Positions 16,311 through 24,491 of a stretch of 64,000 nucleotides of DNA are shown piece by piece (position 1 is the stretch's first letter; each line of letters opens with the position of its first letter). Made by a program: the position numbers and the translations under genes. The notes under the pieces were generated by a model that saw only the letters and a program-made list of their open reading frames with translations, was not told the origin of the DNA and ran no database searches. Source of the DNA: Bryobacteraceae bacterium (GTDB taxonomy: Bacteria; Acidobacteriota; Terriglobia; Bryobacterales; Bryobacteraceae); the NCBI GenBank assembly GCA_049512775.1, contig JBEKWU010000004.1, forward strand, positions 3,096 through 67,095, read 5' to 3'.

Positions 16311-17224
16311 CGGAACAAGAACTGGCCGATGTAGCCGAACGCCAGGCCGGTGACCAGCACGCCGAGGACCAGGCGAATCCAGCGCTCGGGCAGGAACTTC
16401 TGTATGCGCGCGCCGAGGTAGGTGCCGAAGAGGCCGCCGATGCCGAACAGCGCGCCCAGCGCCCAGTCGGGGCGGACGGCCGCGCCAGCGCCGAGCGAAG
16501 TGAAGCCCAGCAGCTCGAAGAACGCAACGCCGGCTATCGAGGTGACGAAGGTGGCAAGCAGGCACGCGCCGGCGACGGTGTACAAAGGAAGGCCCACGAC
16601 CACCACCAGAAACGGTGCGATGAGGGCGCCGCCGCCGATGCCGTAGATGCCCCCGATGAGCCCAACCACAAGCCCCAGAAGCAAGAGGGTTTTCGGATTG
16701 AAAGAGAACGATTCCTTCCAGAATTCGTACTCGACCCGGCGGATCGAAACGCATTTCATCGTGACGACGGCGCGCGGCGCCCCACGCGCGAGGGACTGCC
16801 GCCAGGCCTCGCTGGCGGGACGGGCGGCCTGGTGGAGCAGGCGCACTCCGAGGTACCAGAGCACGCAGCCGGCGAATGCCTTGAATGAGCGTGCATCGGG
16901 CAGGAAGCGGATGCGGATGACCGCTCCGACAAAGACCCCGGGCAGCGTACCGAGGAGGATCGCCCAGGCGAGCGGCCAGGCCATCCGGCCTTCCCTCAGG
17001 TAGCGGTAGACGCCGCCGGGAGTGGCGACGATGTTGAAGATGAGGTTGGTGGGGCTGACGGCTGGACTCGCAAAACCAAGCACGCTGACTTGAAAGGGCA
17101 AGAGCAGAAACGCGCCGGAGACACCTGCCGACGCGGTCAGCGCGGAGATGACAAATGCCACCACCGGCGGAATCAATAGCGAACAGTCAACGCCGGATAT
17201 CGGGAAGTGCACTGGTAGAGGCAT
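16307..17224 (-). CDS. TauE/SafE (DUF81) family anion (sulfite-type) permease
   Basis: Multi-TM protein with the duplicated GGxxxGP motif (GIGGGALIAPFL). Its stop overlaps the CoADR-rhodanese start by 4 nt. Confidence 0.85.
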   Translation of the reverse strand: MPLPVHFPISGVDCSLLIPPVVAFVISALTASAGVSGAFLLLPFQVSVLGFASPAVSPTNLIFNIVATPGGVYRYLREGRMAWPLAWAILLGTLPGVFVGAVIRIRFLPDARSFKAFAGCVLWYLGVRLLHQAARPASEAWRQSLARGAPRAVVTMKCVSIRRVEYEFWKESFSFNPKTLLLLGLVVGLIGGIYGIGGGALIAPFLVVVVGLPLYTVAGACLLATFVTSIAGVAFFELLGFTSLGAGAAVRPDWALGALFGIGGLFGTYLGARIQKFLPERWIRLVLGVLVTGLAFGYIGQFLFR

Positions 17225-17239
17225 CGTGGGACGTCGGGA

Positions 17240-18292
17240 TCATCGCACGCGGTCACTACTCGCCGCCCGGTTCGCCGGCAGCACGGCCACGCCAGTCGGC
17301 GCCGCATGACGCTCCAGGGAGACCGAGCCCACGACTTGGGCTTGCCGATCACGCGCCGCCGGCGCGATCGTCCGAAGCAGGTCCTCCTCAATATCGGCGA
17401 CAAAGAGGCGGTTATCGGTCGCCGCGATGCCGGATAGCTGCCGCCCGACAGCGGCGCTGCCTGTGACCGCATCGCTGCCCACGTCAATCGTGTGAAGCCA
17501 CCCGCGCACGTCGGTTACGTACAGATGAGACGCCCCGACGAGCGCTGCCCATCGCAACCCGCTCCGGCCGGCGGACACCACCTTTTTCAACTCCAGCGTG
17601 GGCACGCGCAGAACGTGCAGATTCCCGGGCGGCGTAACGCCCCCGCTGTCGTCGTTTTCCAGCGCAGATCCACCCAGGAGGACGTACAGCTTTGTCCCAA
17701 ACGGCGAGAATATGACGTGCCTGACCCTCGACCCGATGGCCCGCACGCTAATGAACGCGGGAGGGAAGACCGCGGTGTCGTACAGCAGCACATGTCCCGT
17801 TCTCGTACCCACGGCAAGTAGGGCGCCGAAGGTCGCCACCGCGAACGCCGAACCCGCACCGTGGGCGCTGATGTCGATGGAACCCAGAACGGAGTTCTTG
17901 CGGCCCTGAGAACACTTGGCGATGTCAACGATGGTCACGTGCGGCGGCGCTACACTGTCGTTGGCGACGTACAGTCGCGTGTCCGCATTCCCGACGGCCA
18001 TTTTGGCCGGAGAAGACGGAGTCGGGATCAGAGCCACGACGGAGTCATCCGAGGTCCGAAGAACGGAGACGCCGTCCCGGTTAGGCTCAGACACATAAAG
18101 ATACTGGCCGTCCCCGGAAAACACGAGATCCAGCGGATTGCCCGGCAGCGGGATCGACTTGACCAGTCTGTCGGGTGTCAGCCGATATAGCTTCTTTGCG
18201 GCGAATCCCGCCACATAGACGTCCTGAGCCGCGCCAATGCCGCTCGCAAGCACGCAGCAGATGGCGAGTTGATTCAGCACCCTTGATGCCAT
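17240..18292 (-). CDS. Secreted YVTN/YncE-like beta-propeller repeat protein
   Basis: Signal peptide MASRVLNQLAICCVLASGIGAAQD. Repeated motifs ...LYVSE, ...LYVAN, ...LYVLL, ...LYVTD and ...LFVAD occur every ~40-50 aa. Confidence 0.65.
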   Translation of the reverse strand: MASRVLNQLAICCVLASGIGAAQDVYVAGFAAKKLYRLTPDRLVKSIPLPGNPLDLVFSGDGQYLYVSEPNRDGVSVLRTSDDSVVALIPTPSSPAKMAVGNADTRLYVANDSVAPPHVTIVDIAKCSQGRKNSVLGSIDISAHGAGSAFAVATFGALLAVGTRTGHVLLYDTAVFPPAFISVRAIGSRVRHVIFSPFGTKLYVLLGGSALENDDSGGVTPPGNLHVLRVPTLELKKVVSAGRSGLRWAALVGASHLYVTDVRGWLHTIDVGSDAVTGSAAVGRQLSGIAATDNRLFVADIEEDLLRTIAPAARDRQAQVVGSVSLERHAAPTGVAVLPANRAASSDRVR

Positions 18293-18375
18293 GTCACACC
18301 CCCGAGCCATCGGTTTCGGCTCTTCCATGCCTAGCTCACATTGCGAGCGGCGCTGCCAGCTTGAAGCGGCGTCAA

Positions 18376-18774
18376 TTACGGGCGCGGCGCGCCGAGGATT
18401 TCGCGGATTTTCGCTAGCAGTTGTTCGCGGTCGGGCGGCTTATCGAAGTAGCCCGCCGGCGGGTGCACCTGGCTGCGGGTCTCGATAAACCGCTTGAAAT
18501 CGTGGGACACGCCGGTCAGGATCACCACCGGGATGCCGGCGGTCTCGGCGTCCTCCTGCAAATTGCGGAACATGCGCACGCCGGATTCCTCCGGCATCGT
18601 GATGTCGAGAGTGATCAGGTCGGGATGCTCCGCCTTGGCCTTCTCGAAGCCCTCCTTGCCGTCCGTGGCGAAACTGACGGAGAAACCACTGTCTGCGAAA
18701 AACGCCCCCAGGTAGGCCAGCACGTCCGATTCGTCATCGACGATCAGGATTTTCTTGGCTGTTCGTTCCTCCAT
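18376..18774 (-). CDS. Stand-alone response-regulator receiver (CheY-like)
   Basis: KILIVDDESDV...PDLITLDITMPEESG...PVVILTG...KP receiver signature. No output domain. Confidence 0.9.
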   Translation of the reverse strand: MEERTAKKILIVDDESDVLAYLGAFFADSGFSVSFATDGKEGFEKAKAEHPDLITLDITMPEESGVRMFRNLQEDAETAGIPVVILTGVSHDFKRFIETRSQVHPPAGYFDKPPDREQLLAKIREILGAPRP

Positions 18775-18784
18775 GCCAATCCTC

Positions 18785-19294
18785 CTACTTCTTCTTCATG
18801 GCGTCTAGCGCCCGCTGCAAGGTGTCGCGGTCGGCCGAGAACACCGCCCGAGACAACTCGCGCCGCAGGTCTTCCGGCTCGGGCTCCGGCGCTTCGGGGA
18901 TTTCGGCTCCCAGCAACCTGCGGACCGCCGCGACATACGTTGCCGGGCGCACCGGTTTTTCCAGGTAGACGCCCGGGCCGGACATGGTCATCTCGTCAAA
19001 ATCGGCTTTGCCCATCTCGTCGCGTGCGTGGCCGGTGACGATCAGGACGGGTATCTTGGACAATCGCTTGTCCTTCTGGAGCTCGCGATAGAATCTCGCG
19101 CCGGAATGGCGGGGCATCACCAGGTCAAGAGAGATCAGATCCGGCGGGCTGCGTCTGACGGCTTCGAGCGCCTGCAAGCCATCCGCAGCCGTGTCCACCA
19201 AAAAGCCGGCGTCTTCAAGAGCGATCCTCAGGTAATCGCGGACGTCCGCCTCGTCGTCCACAACCAGAACGCGTTTCTCCATTCCATCGGTCAT
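18785..19294 (-). CDS. Response-regulator receiver with a short C-terminal helical tail
   Basis: RVLVVDDEADV...PDLISLDLVMPRHSG...PVLIVTG...EKP. The ATG overlaps the kinase stop (ATGA). Confidence 0.9.
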   Translation of the reverse strand: MTDGMEKRVLVVDDEADVRDYLRIALEDAGFLVDTAADGLQALEAVRRSPPDLISLDLVMPRHSGARFYRELQKDKRLSKIPVLIVTGHARDEMGKADFDEMTMSGPGVYLEKPVRPATYVAAVRRLLGAEIPEAPEPEPEDLRRELSRAVFSADRDTLQRALDAMKKK

Positions 19295-21123
19295 GATCTC
19301 ACCTCCGGCGCGCCTTTCGCCGCGCTTGCCGCCGCCGCGAGCGTCAAAAGGCGCTTGCGCGGCAGGCGGATCCGGAAAACCGAGCCCTGGCCGGGCGTGG
19401 ACTCCACCTCGATGCGGCCGCCGTGCTCGTGCACGATCTTGCGCGTGGTCAGGAGCCCGAGGCCCGTGCCTTTGCCGCCTTTGGTGGTGAAGAAGGTCGT
19501 GAACACCTTGCCTTTGACTTCCCAATCCATCCCACAGCCGTTATCGATCACCTCGAAGACGAGGTCGTCCGACTCGTCCCTAGTCCGCAGGAGGACTTTC
19601 CCGCCGCCCTCTTCGCGCATCGCCGCGGCGTCGATGGCGTTGGAGATCAGGTTGGTCAGGCTCGTCTCCATACCCTTGCAATCCAGCGGAGCTTCACGCA
19701 CGTCCGCGCCCGCATCCAGCACGACTTCGACACCCTGCAATCTAGCGGTGTCGCGATACAGGTCGACGATTCCACCCGCGATCGCGTTCGGGGCGACCGT
19801 TCGCAACTCCGGCAACCGGCCCTTGGCAAAGCCGAGGAAATCCTTTACGAGGGTGGTGGTCTTCTGCAGGTTGCGCTGAAGGACTTCCCAGCCATCGGCG
19901 ATCCGCTTGGCGTCGTTGCGGTGGAAGCCGCTGTCCACCATGTACATTCCGCCTTCCAGTCCCATCAAGAGGTTCTTGATCGTATGGGCGAGTCCGGCCA
20001 CCGTCTGCCCGACGGCGGCCAAGCGCTCGGCTTCCAGTTTCTCCTGCTCGAGCCGCTTGATTTCCCGGAGATCCTCCATGAACGCGGCGCGCCCAATGCG
20101 CCTGCCGCGGCTGCTCAACTCCACCGCGGAGAACCTGACCGGGACCTCGGGCGCATCGGGAGGCCGGAGCAGGGCTTCGGCCAGGTTGAGCGGCGCCCCG
20201 CCCTCGATCCCGAAGAACTCCGGAGGCAGCGTGCGTTTCAGCCAATCAGCCGCCGGCAGTTGCTTCGCCTTCCAGCTCAACAGCGCCCTTGCAGCGGGAT
20301 TCACTACTCTTGGGTCGCCCGCCGCGTCGACGGCCAGGATGCCGGAGGTGGAGTTGCGGACGAGACTCTCATAGAAATCCTGGGCCTTTTGCAACTCCCG
20401 TTCCAACTTTCGTACGCCGGTGATATCGGTGGCCATTTCGATCACGTGCGCCACTCCGCCCTCGCCGCGCGACAACGGCGTCGCAGTCACGATGTAATGC
20501 GCAGGCGAACCGTCCTGACGGACGCCGCTCTCGGTGGAGACGTGATCGGCCCCATCCGCGAATGTTAACGCGGCGGGGCAGTTTACGCAGGGTTCCTCGC
20601 GGCGCTTGCAGAGCTCATAGCAAAACTTGCCCGCGGTCTCGCCGAAGGCCCGCCGGAAGGTCTCGTTGGCCCGGATCACGTGGTAGTCGCGGTCCACGAC
20701 GAGCACATAGCACGGCACCCGCTCGAAAAGCAGGTTGTACTCGCGCTGCCAGCGCCGAGTCTCGGTCAGGTCGGAGGTCATTTCGACGACGTACTTCACC
20801 TGGCCGTCTTCATCCCCCAGGGGCGCGAGATGAACGACGTAGTGGCAGGTGCGCCCGTGACGATCGACTCCGGTTTCATCGGAGACGCGCGCGCGCCGGT
20901 CCGCAAAGGTCGCCTGCGCCTGGCAGTGTTCACAGCGCTCGGCCGAACCCTTGTACACTTCGTGGCACCGCCGGCCGCGCCAGTCGCCGAAGTATTCCTC
21001 AAAGCTCCCGTTCGCGGCGACCACGTTGAAATCGCGGTCGATCACCGCCACGTTGAAGGGAACCTGCTCGAACAGCCCTCTGCCGAGCAGGGCGTCCAGC
21101 TCGTGATGGGGCAGATCGCTCAT
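19291..21123 (-). CDS. Soluble multi-PAS sensor histidine kinase with Cys-rich PAS modules
   Basis: No TM segment. Two N-terminal modules carry C-x10-C-x2-C (CHEVYKGSAERCEHC) and C-x3-C-x6-C-x2-C (CYELCKRREEPCVNC). The H-box is LAHTIKNLL, and the ATPase N and G boxes are NLISNAIDA and GTGLGL. The start overlaps the upstream gene's stop. Confidence 0.9.
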   Translation of the reverse strand: MSDLPHHELDALLGRGLFEQVPFNVAVIDRDFNVVAANGSFEEYFGDWRGRRCHEVYKGSAERCEHCQAQATFADRRARVSDETGVDRHGRTCHYVVHLAPLGDEDGQVKYVVEMTSDLTETRRWQREYNLLFERVPCYVLVVDRDYHVIRANETFRRAFGETAGKFCYELCKRREEPCVNCPAALTFADGADHVSTESGVRQDGSPAHYIVTATPLSRGEGGVAHVIEMATDITGVRKLERELQKAQDFYESLVRNSTSGILAVDAAGDPRVVNPAARALLSWKAKQLPAADWLKRTLPPEFFGIEGGAPLNLAEALLRPPDAPEVPVRFSAVELSSRGRRIGRAAFMEDLREIKRLEQEKLEAERLAAVGQTVAGLAHTIKNLLMGLEGGMYMVDSGFHRNDAKRIADGWEVLQRNLQKTTTLVKDFLGFAKGRLPELRTVAPNAIAGGIVDLYRDTARLQGVEVVLDAGADVREAPLDCKGMETSLTNLISNAIDAAAMREEGGGKVLLRTRDESDDLVFEVIDNGCGMDWEVKGKVFTTFFTTKGGKGTGLGLLTTRKIVHEHGGRIEVESTPGQGSVFRIRLPRKRLLTLAAAASAAKGAPEVRS

Positions 21124-22973
21124 GGCCTGGGGACCGGAGGCAACATGACCTGCTTGCCCACCGGCCCGCTCCCGTAAAAGGCAAGATTGCCGACATCCAC
21201 GGCATCCCGTCTCTCTTTATGGCACATTGCGCAACGCGCCAGGTCCGGTTTGTTTTGCTCTTTCGCCGCCTTCGCATGGCACCCGACGCACAGCTCGTGC
21301 ATCGCCTGCACGTAGGATACGGCGCGGTACTGCTTCACCTTGATCGTGGCCCCCGCGGGCACGAGGTCTTTGTGGCACCGATCGCAGGGCTTGGCCGTGG
21401 CCGCGCTGCGCGGCTCTCCCCGGCGGTGACACTCGGAACAGCCCAGCCGGGCGCCCGTGGGCGATGCGTGCCAGTCGTGCTGGAAGGCATCGGCCGGCTG
21501 ATACATGTCGCGGTGGCACCGGCTGCATCCGGAATTCCGGTCGCGCGGCAAGTTCATGTGGTGACACATAACGCAGGGAGCCTTGACACCGTTGCGCTGC
21601 CCGTGGTCCTCGTGCTTGAACGCCACCCCGTAGCCGTCGAGGTTCCCGTCAATCCACAGTGTCTCTCCGCCGCGGGCATGGTGGACTGGCGCCGGATCGA
21701 CGCCGCGGCTCGCCGCCGCGCCGGGCGCGAGGAACGCAAATCCGGCGGAGGCGGCAACAATGAACGCAAGCGAGTATATCGTGCGCGCGGCCACTGCGGG
21801 AACGCCCAGCCAGGTAGTCCCCACGCTGTCGAACTCGGGCAGCTTGAGCGGATCGGCCTCGGGATCGGCGGGGCGGTGTTCCCAAACCTTGAAGCGCTCC
21901 ACCATGAACAGGAACGCCAGCACCGCCGCGGCGAGGATGCCCAACGTGATCGCGATTTCCGTCCAGGCGGGCACGTAGAAATCCTCGCTTCGCCGCGTGT
22001 GCGCCAGCCCGCCGACATCGATGCGGTTCAGCACGACCCCGAGCACTCCCAGCACCGCCACCGTCCGCTGGCCCGCCTGTGCGTATCTGACCCGCGGGAT
22101 GAACAGCAGGGCGGCGGGAACGATCGCCATGGCCGCCAGCTCGAGCCAGAACAGTTCCACTTGCCATCCGGCTGCCCAGAGCCGGTGGAGCTGGCCGCGC
22201 GCGGCAAGATCGCCGAACCTCAGGGCGAGATAGAGAACCAGGACCCACCGCGCCGCGCCGCCCAGTTCGGCCAGCAATTCCGTCTCGGGTTTGCGGCGGT
22301 AAATATAGGCGGTGAGATGGCTCTCGAAGAGCACCATCATCATGCCCAGGCCGATCGCGGACACGAAGAACAGCACCGGGAGCGCCGGCGAATACCAGAG
22401 CGGATGCAGCCTGTACGGCATGATGAGGAACAACGAACCCAGCGAGGACTGGTGCAGCGTCGAGAGCCCGATCCCCACAATCACCAGCGGCAGACGCACC
22501 TTGATCAGAGCCCGCCGGATTCTCGCCAGCGCGCTGAACTCTTCGGCCGGAACCGGGAAGAACTCCAGGGCCAGAACCGCAAGGTACAGCATGACGCACC
22601 AGCCGACCTCGAACAGCGGCGAATGGGGGTTCCAGAAAACGAGCATGTGCCAGATATTCCAGGGCAGGCCGAGGTCGAACAGCAAGCTCACCGCCACGGC
22701 CACATAGCCGAGAAAGGCCGTCAGGACCGCCGGGCGCACGATGGAACGAAACCGCTCCAGCTTGAAAATGTAGACCGTAGCCGTGACGATGAAACCGCCC
22801 GCCGCGAGCGCGACGCCGCTCATCACGTCGAAGCCGATCCAGATCCCCCAGGGGGTGGCGTCGGATAGATTGGTAGTCGGCCCGAGTCCGAACAGAAACC
22901 GCGCGACGGCGGCGGCGGCCGCCAGCCCGGTCACCATCCAGAGCGCGAACTTCAGCTTGCGGGCTCTATCCAT
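21120..22973 (-). CDS. NrfD/HybB/HmcC-type integral membrane quinone-interacting subunit fused to a C-terminal hexaheme cytochrome c domain
   Basis: The N-terminal ~400 aa form a polytopic NrfD-like protein (PWGIWIGFDVMSGVALAAGGF...). An extra TM follows, then six CxxCH motifs: CVMCH, CSRCH, CSECH, CDRCH, CVGCH, CAMCH. Confidence 0.85.
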   Translation of the reverse strand: MDRARKLKFALWMVTGLAAAAAVARFLFGLGPTTNLSDATPWGIWIGFDVMSGVALAAGGFIVTATVYIFKLERFRSIVRPAVLTAFLGYVAVAVSLLFDLGLPWNIWHMLVFWNPHSPLFEVGWCVMLYLAVLALEFFPVPAEEFSALARIRRALIKVRLPLVIVGIGLSTLHQSSLGSLFLIMPYRLHPLWYSPALPVLFFVSAIGLGMMMVLFESHLTAYIYRRKPETELLAELGGAARWVLVLYLALRFGDLAARGQLHRLWAAGWQVELFWLELAAMAIVPAALLFIPRVRYAQAGQRTVAVLGVLGVVLNRIDVGGLAHTRRSEDFYVPAWTEIAITLGILAAAVLAFLFMVERFKVWEHRPADPEADPLKLPEFDSVGTTWLGVPAVAARTIYSLAFIVAASAGFAFLAPGAAASRGVDPAPVHHARGGETLWIDGNLDGYGVAFKHEDHGQRNGVKAPCVMCHHMNLPRDRNSGCSRCHRDMYQPADAFQHDWHASPTGARLGCSECHRRGEPRSAATAKPCDRCHKDLVPAGATIKVKQYRAVSYVQAMHELCVGCHAKAAKEQNKPDLARCAMCHKERRDAVDVGNLAFYGSGPVGKQVMLPPVPRP

Positions 22974-23718
22974 CCGACTTCTCTTTCTGCCTCTTCATCC
23001 GCCTGCCGATGATCCAGTTGATTCCCGTCATCACCGCCAGCGCTCCGGTGAAAGCGAACGGGACCGCGTTCATCGCGTCGGCCGTCCTGAGCGGAACGGG
23101 CGTGTCGCCCAGGCCGCGGCCCTGCGTCAGGAACGAGAGGTCGACGTTGGAAACGTATAGGACCGAGGTCCCTCCGATCTCGTGCTCTCCCCACACCCGG
23201 TTCACGTAGACGCCCGGAGCCTCGCGGATGCGGCGGTGAGCTTCGGCCAGCAGGCTGTCGCGGTCTCCGAAAATCGTGGCTTTGACCGGACACACCTGGG
23301 TGCAGGCGGGCTGGGAGCCGGCGCGCAGCCGCTCGTAGCAGAGGATGCACTTGCGGACGTAAGGGACCGCCAGCTCCCAGTCGTAGCGCGGGATGCCGTA
23401 GGGGCAGGCCATCATGCAGTAGCGGCAGCCCATGCACTTGCCGCTGTCGTAGACCACCGCGCCCATTTCCGTCTTGTGCAGCGCGCCCACCGGACAGGCG
23501 GAAACGCACGCCGGCTCGAGGCAGTGGCGGCACTGCTTGCGCACGAACGCGTGCTTCGGCCCCTCGACAATGGAAGTCCAGTTCCGGGCGGACAGGCCGT
23601 CGTCGACGTCCCACCGCCGCGGGAGGTCCGGAGCAAGGTGGTTCACCTTCTTGCAGGCGACCGCGCATTCGTTGCAGCCGATGCACTTGGTGGTATCGGT
23701 GAGAATGGCCGCTTTCAT
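22966..23718 (-). CDS. HybA/DsrO/HmcB-type 4x[4Fe-4S] ferredoxin subunit with a C-terminal TM anchor
   Basis: CIGCNECAVACK, CRHCLEPACVSACP, CMGCRYCMMACP and CILCYERL...C clusters. C-terminal helix FAFTGALAVMTGINWIIG. Start at MKAAILTD. Confidence 0.85.
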   Translation of the reverse strand: MKAAILTDTTKCIGCNECAVACKKVNHLAPDLPRRWDVDDGLSARNWTSIVEGPKHAFVRKQCRHCLEPACVSACPVGALHKTEMGAVVYDSGKCMGCRYCMMACPYGIPRYDWELAVPYVRKCILCYERLRAGSQPACTQVCPVKATIFGDRDSLLAEAHRRIREAPGVYVNRVWGEHEIGGTSVLYVSNVDLSFLTQGRGLGDTPVPLRTADAMNAVPFAFTGALAVMTGINWIIGRRMKRQKEKSDG

Positions 23719-24491
23719 TTCGTGCGAGCCTCCTTTTCGGCGGGCGCGGGCGCCGCGGGCGCACCGTTTAACCGCGCCCTCTGCGCCCAGGAGGGCCGGT
23801 CCGCATAGCCCAGGGTGGCGGCCACGCGGTCGCCGGCCCCCGCGGGGAACTTCCAGGCAATGCCCGTCACCAACTGCGAGAGCGGCGCCAGCACGCAGTG
23901 GGCGATCTTGGTGAACGGGATCGTCGCCATCACCAGGTCGGCCGAGTAGACGTGGAACAGCATTACGGTCCGATAGGCCTTGGGGCCGATGGCGGCGTTC
24001 GAGCAGATGTACCCGGTGGCGAACGGCAGCGCGAGCAGCAGCAGCCAGGCATAATCCTGGAACCGGCTCAGCGCGCGTGCGCCGGCGTCCGCCGCGCGTC
24101 CGAGGAAGAGGCCCAGCGCCGTGGCAATCACGAGCAGCGTCAGCCAGTCGGCCGCCGGCTGAGGGAGGGCAGGCCAGGCGAAACCCACGGAACGCTTCCA
24201 CAACAGGACGTGCGCGGCCAGGAAAGGCGGAACCAGCAACAGGCCGGCGTGGAAAAGGACCGAAATCGCGCTGTAGACCGGCCGCTTGCTCCACAGTTTG
24301 CCCAACGGAGCCAACCACCCCAGGGTCCGCTTCACAATCTCCTTCCACGGCACGATCTTGTCCGGGTTGCGCCGGTAGCTTTCCGCAACCCCGATGAAGG
24401 TGAGCAGGAAGATCCGCAGCAGGCCGAGAACCATCAGGGAGAAGCTCAGCCGGAACAACGGCCCGCGGCCGAACTCAAGCCACGCGTCCAC
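23715..24491 (-). CDS. NarI/DsrM/HmcE-like di-heme cytochrome b membrane subunit
   Basis: Polytopic protein of the nitrate-reductase gamma-like type (FHAGLLLVPPFLAAHVLLW, VMLFHVYSADLVMATIPFTKIAH). I prefer the GTG at 24491, which has GGAGG 8 nt upstream; the track's ATG at 24521 is the alternative. Confidence 0.75.
   Translation of the reverse strand: MDAWLEFGRGPLFRLSFSLMVLGLLRIFLLTFIGVAESYRRNPDKIVPWKEIVKRTLGWLAPLGKLWSKRPVYSAISVLFHAGLLLVPPFLAAHVLLWKRSVGFAWPALPQPAADWLTLLVIATALGLFLGRAADAGARALSRFQDYAWLLLLALPFATGYICSNAAIGPKAYRTVMLFHVYSADLVMATIPFTKIAHCVLAPLSQLVTGIAWKFPAGAGDRVAATLGYADRPSWAQRARLNGAPAAPAPAEKEARTK

Noticed and set aside
14655-16754. The N-terminal 148 codons of the 699-aa track ORF, as part of the CoADR-rhodanese protein
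   Set aside because: The extension overlaps the TauE gene and is Arg-rich nonsense. The FAD-binding fold begins right after MTHRRKR (start 16310), which also gives a 4-nt overlap with the TauE stop.
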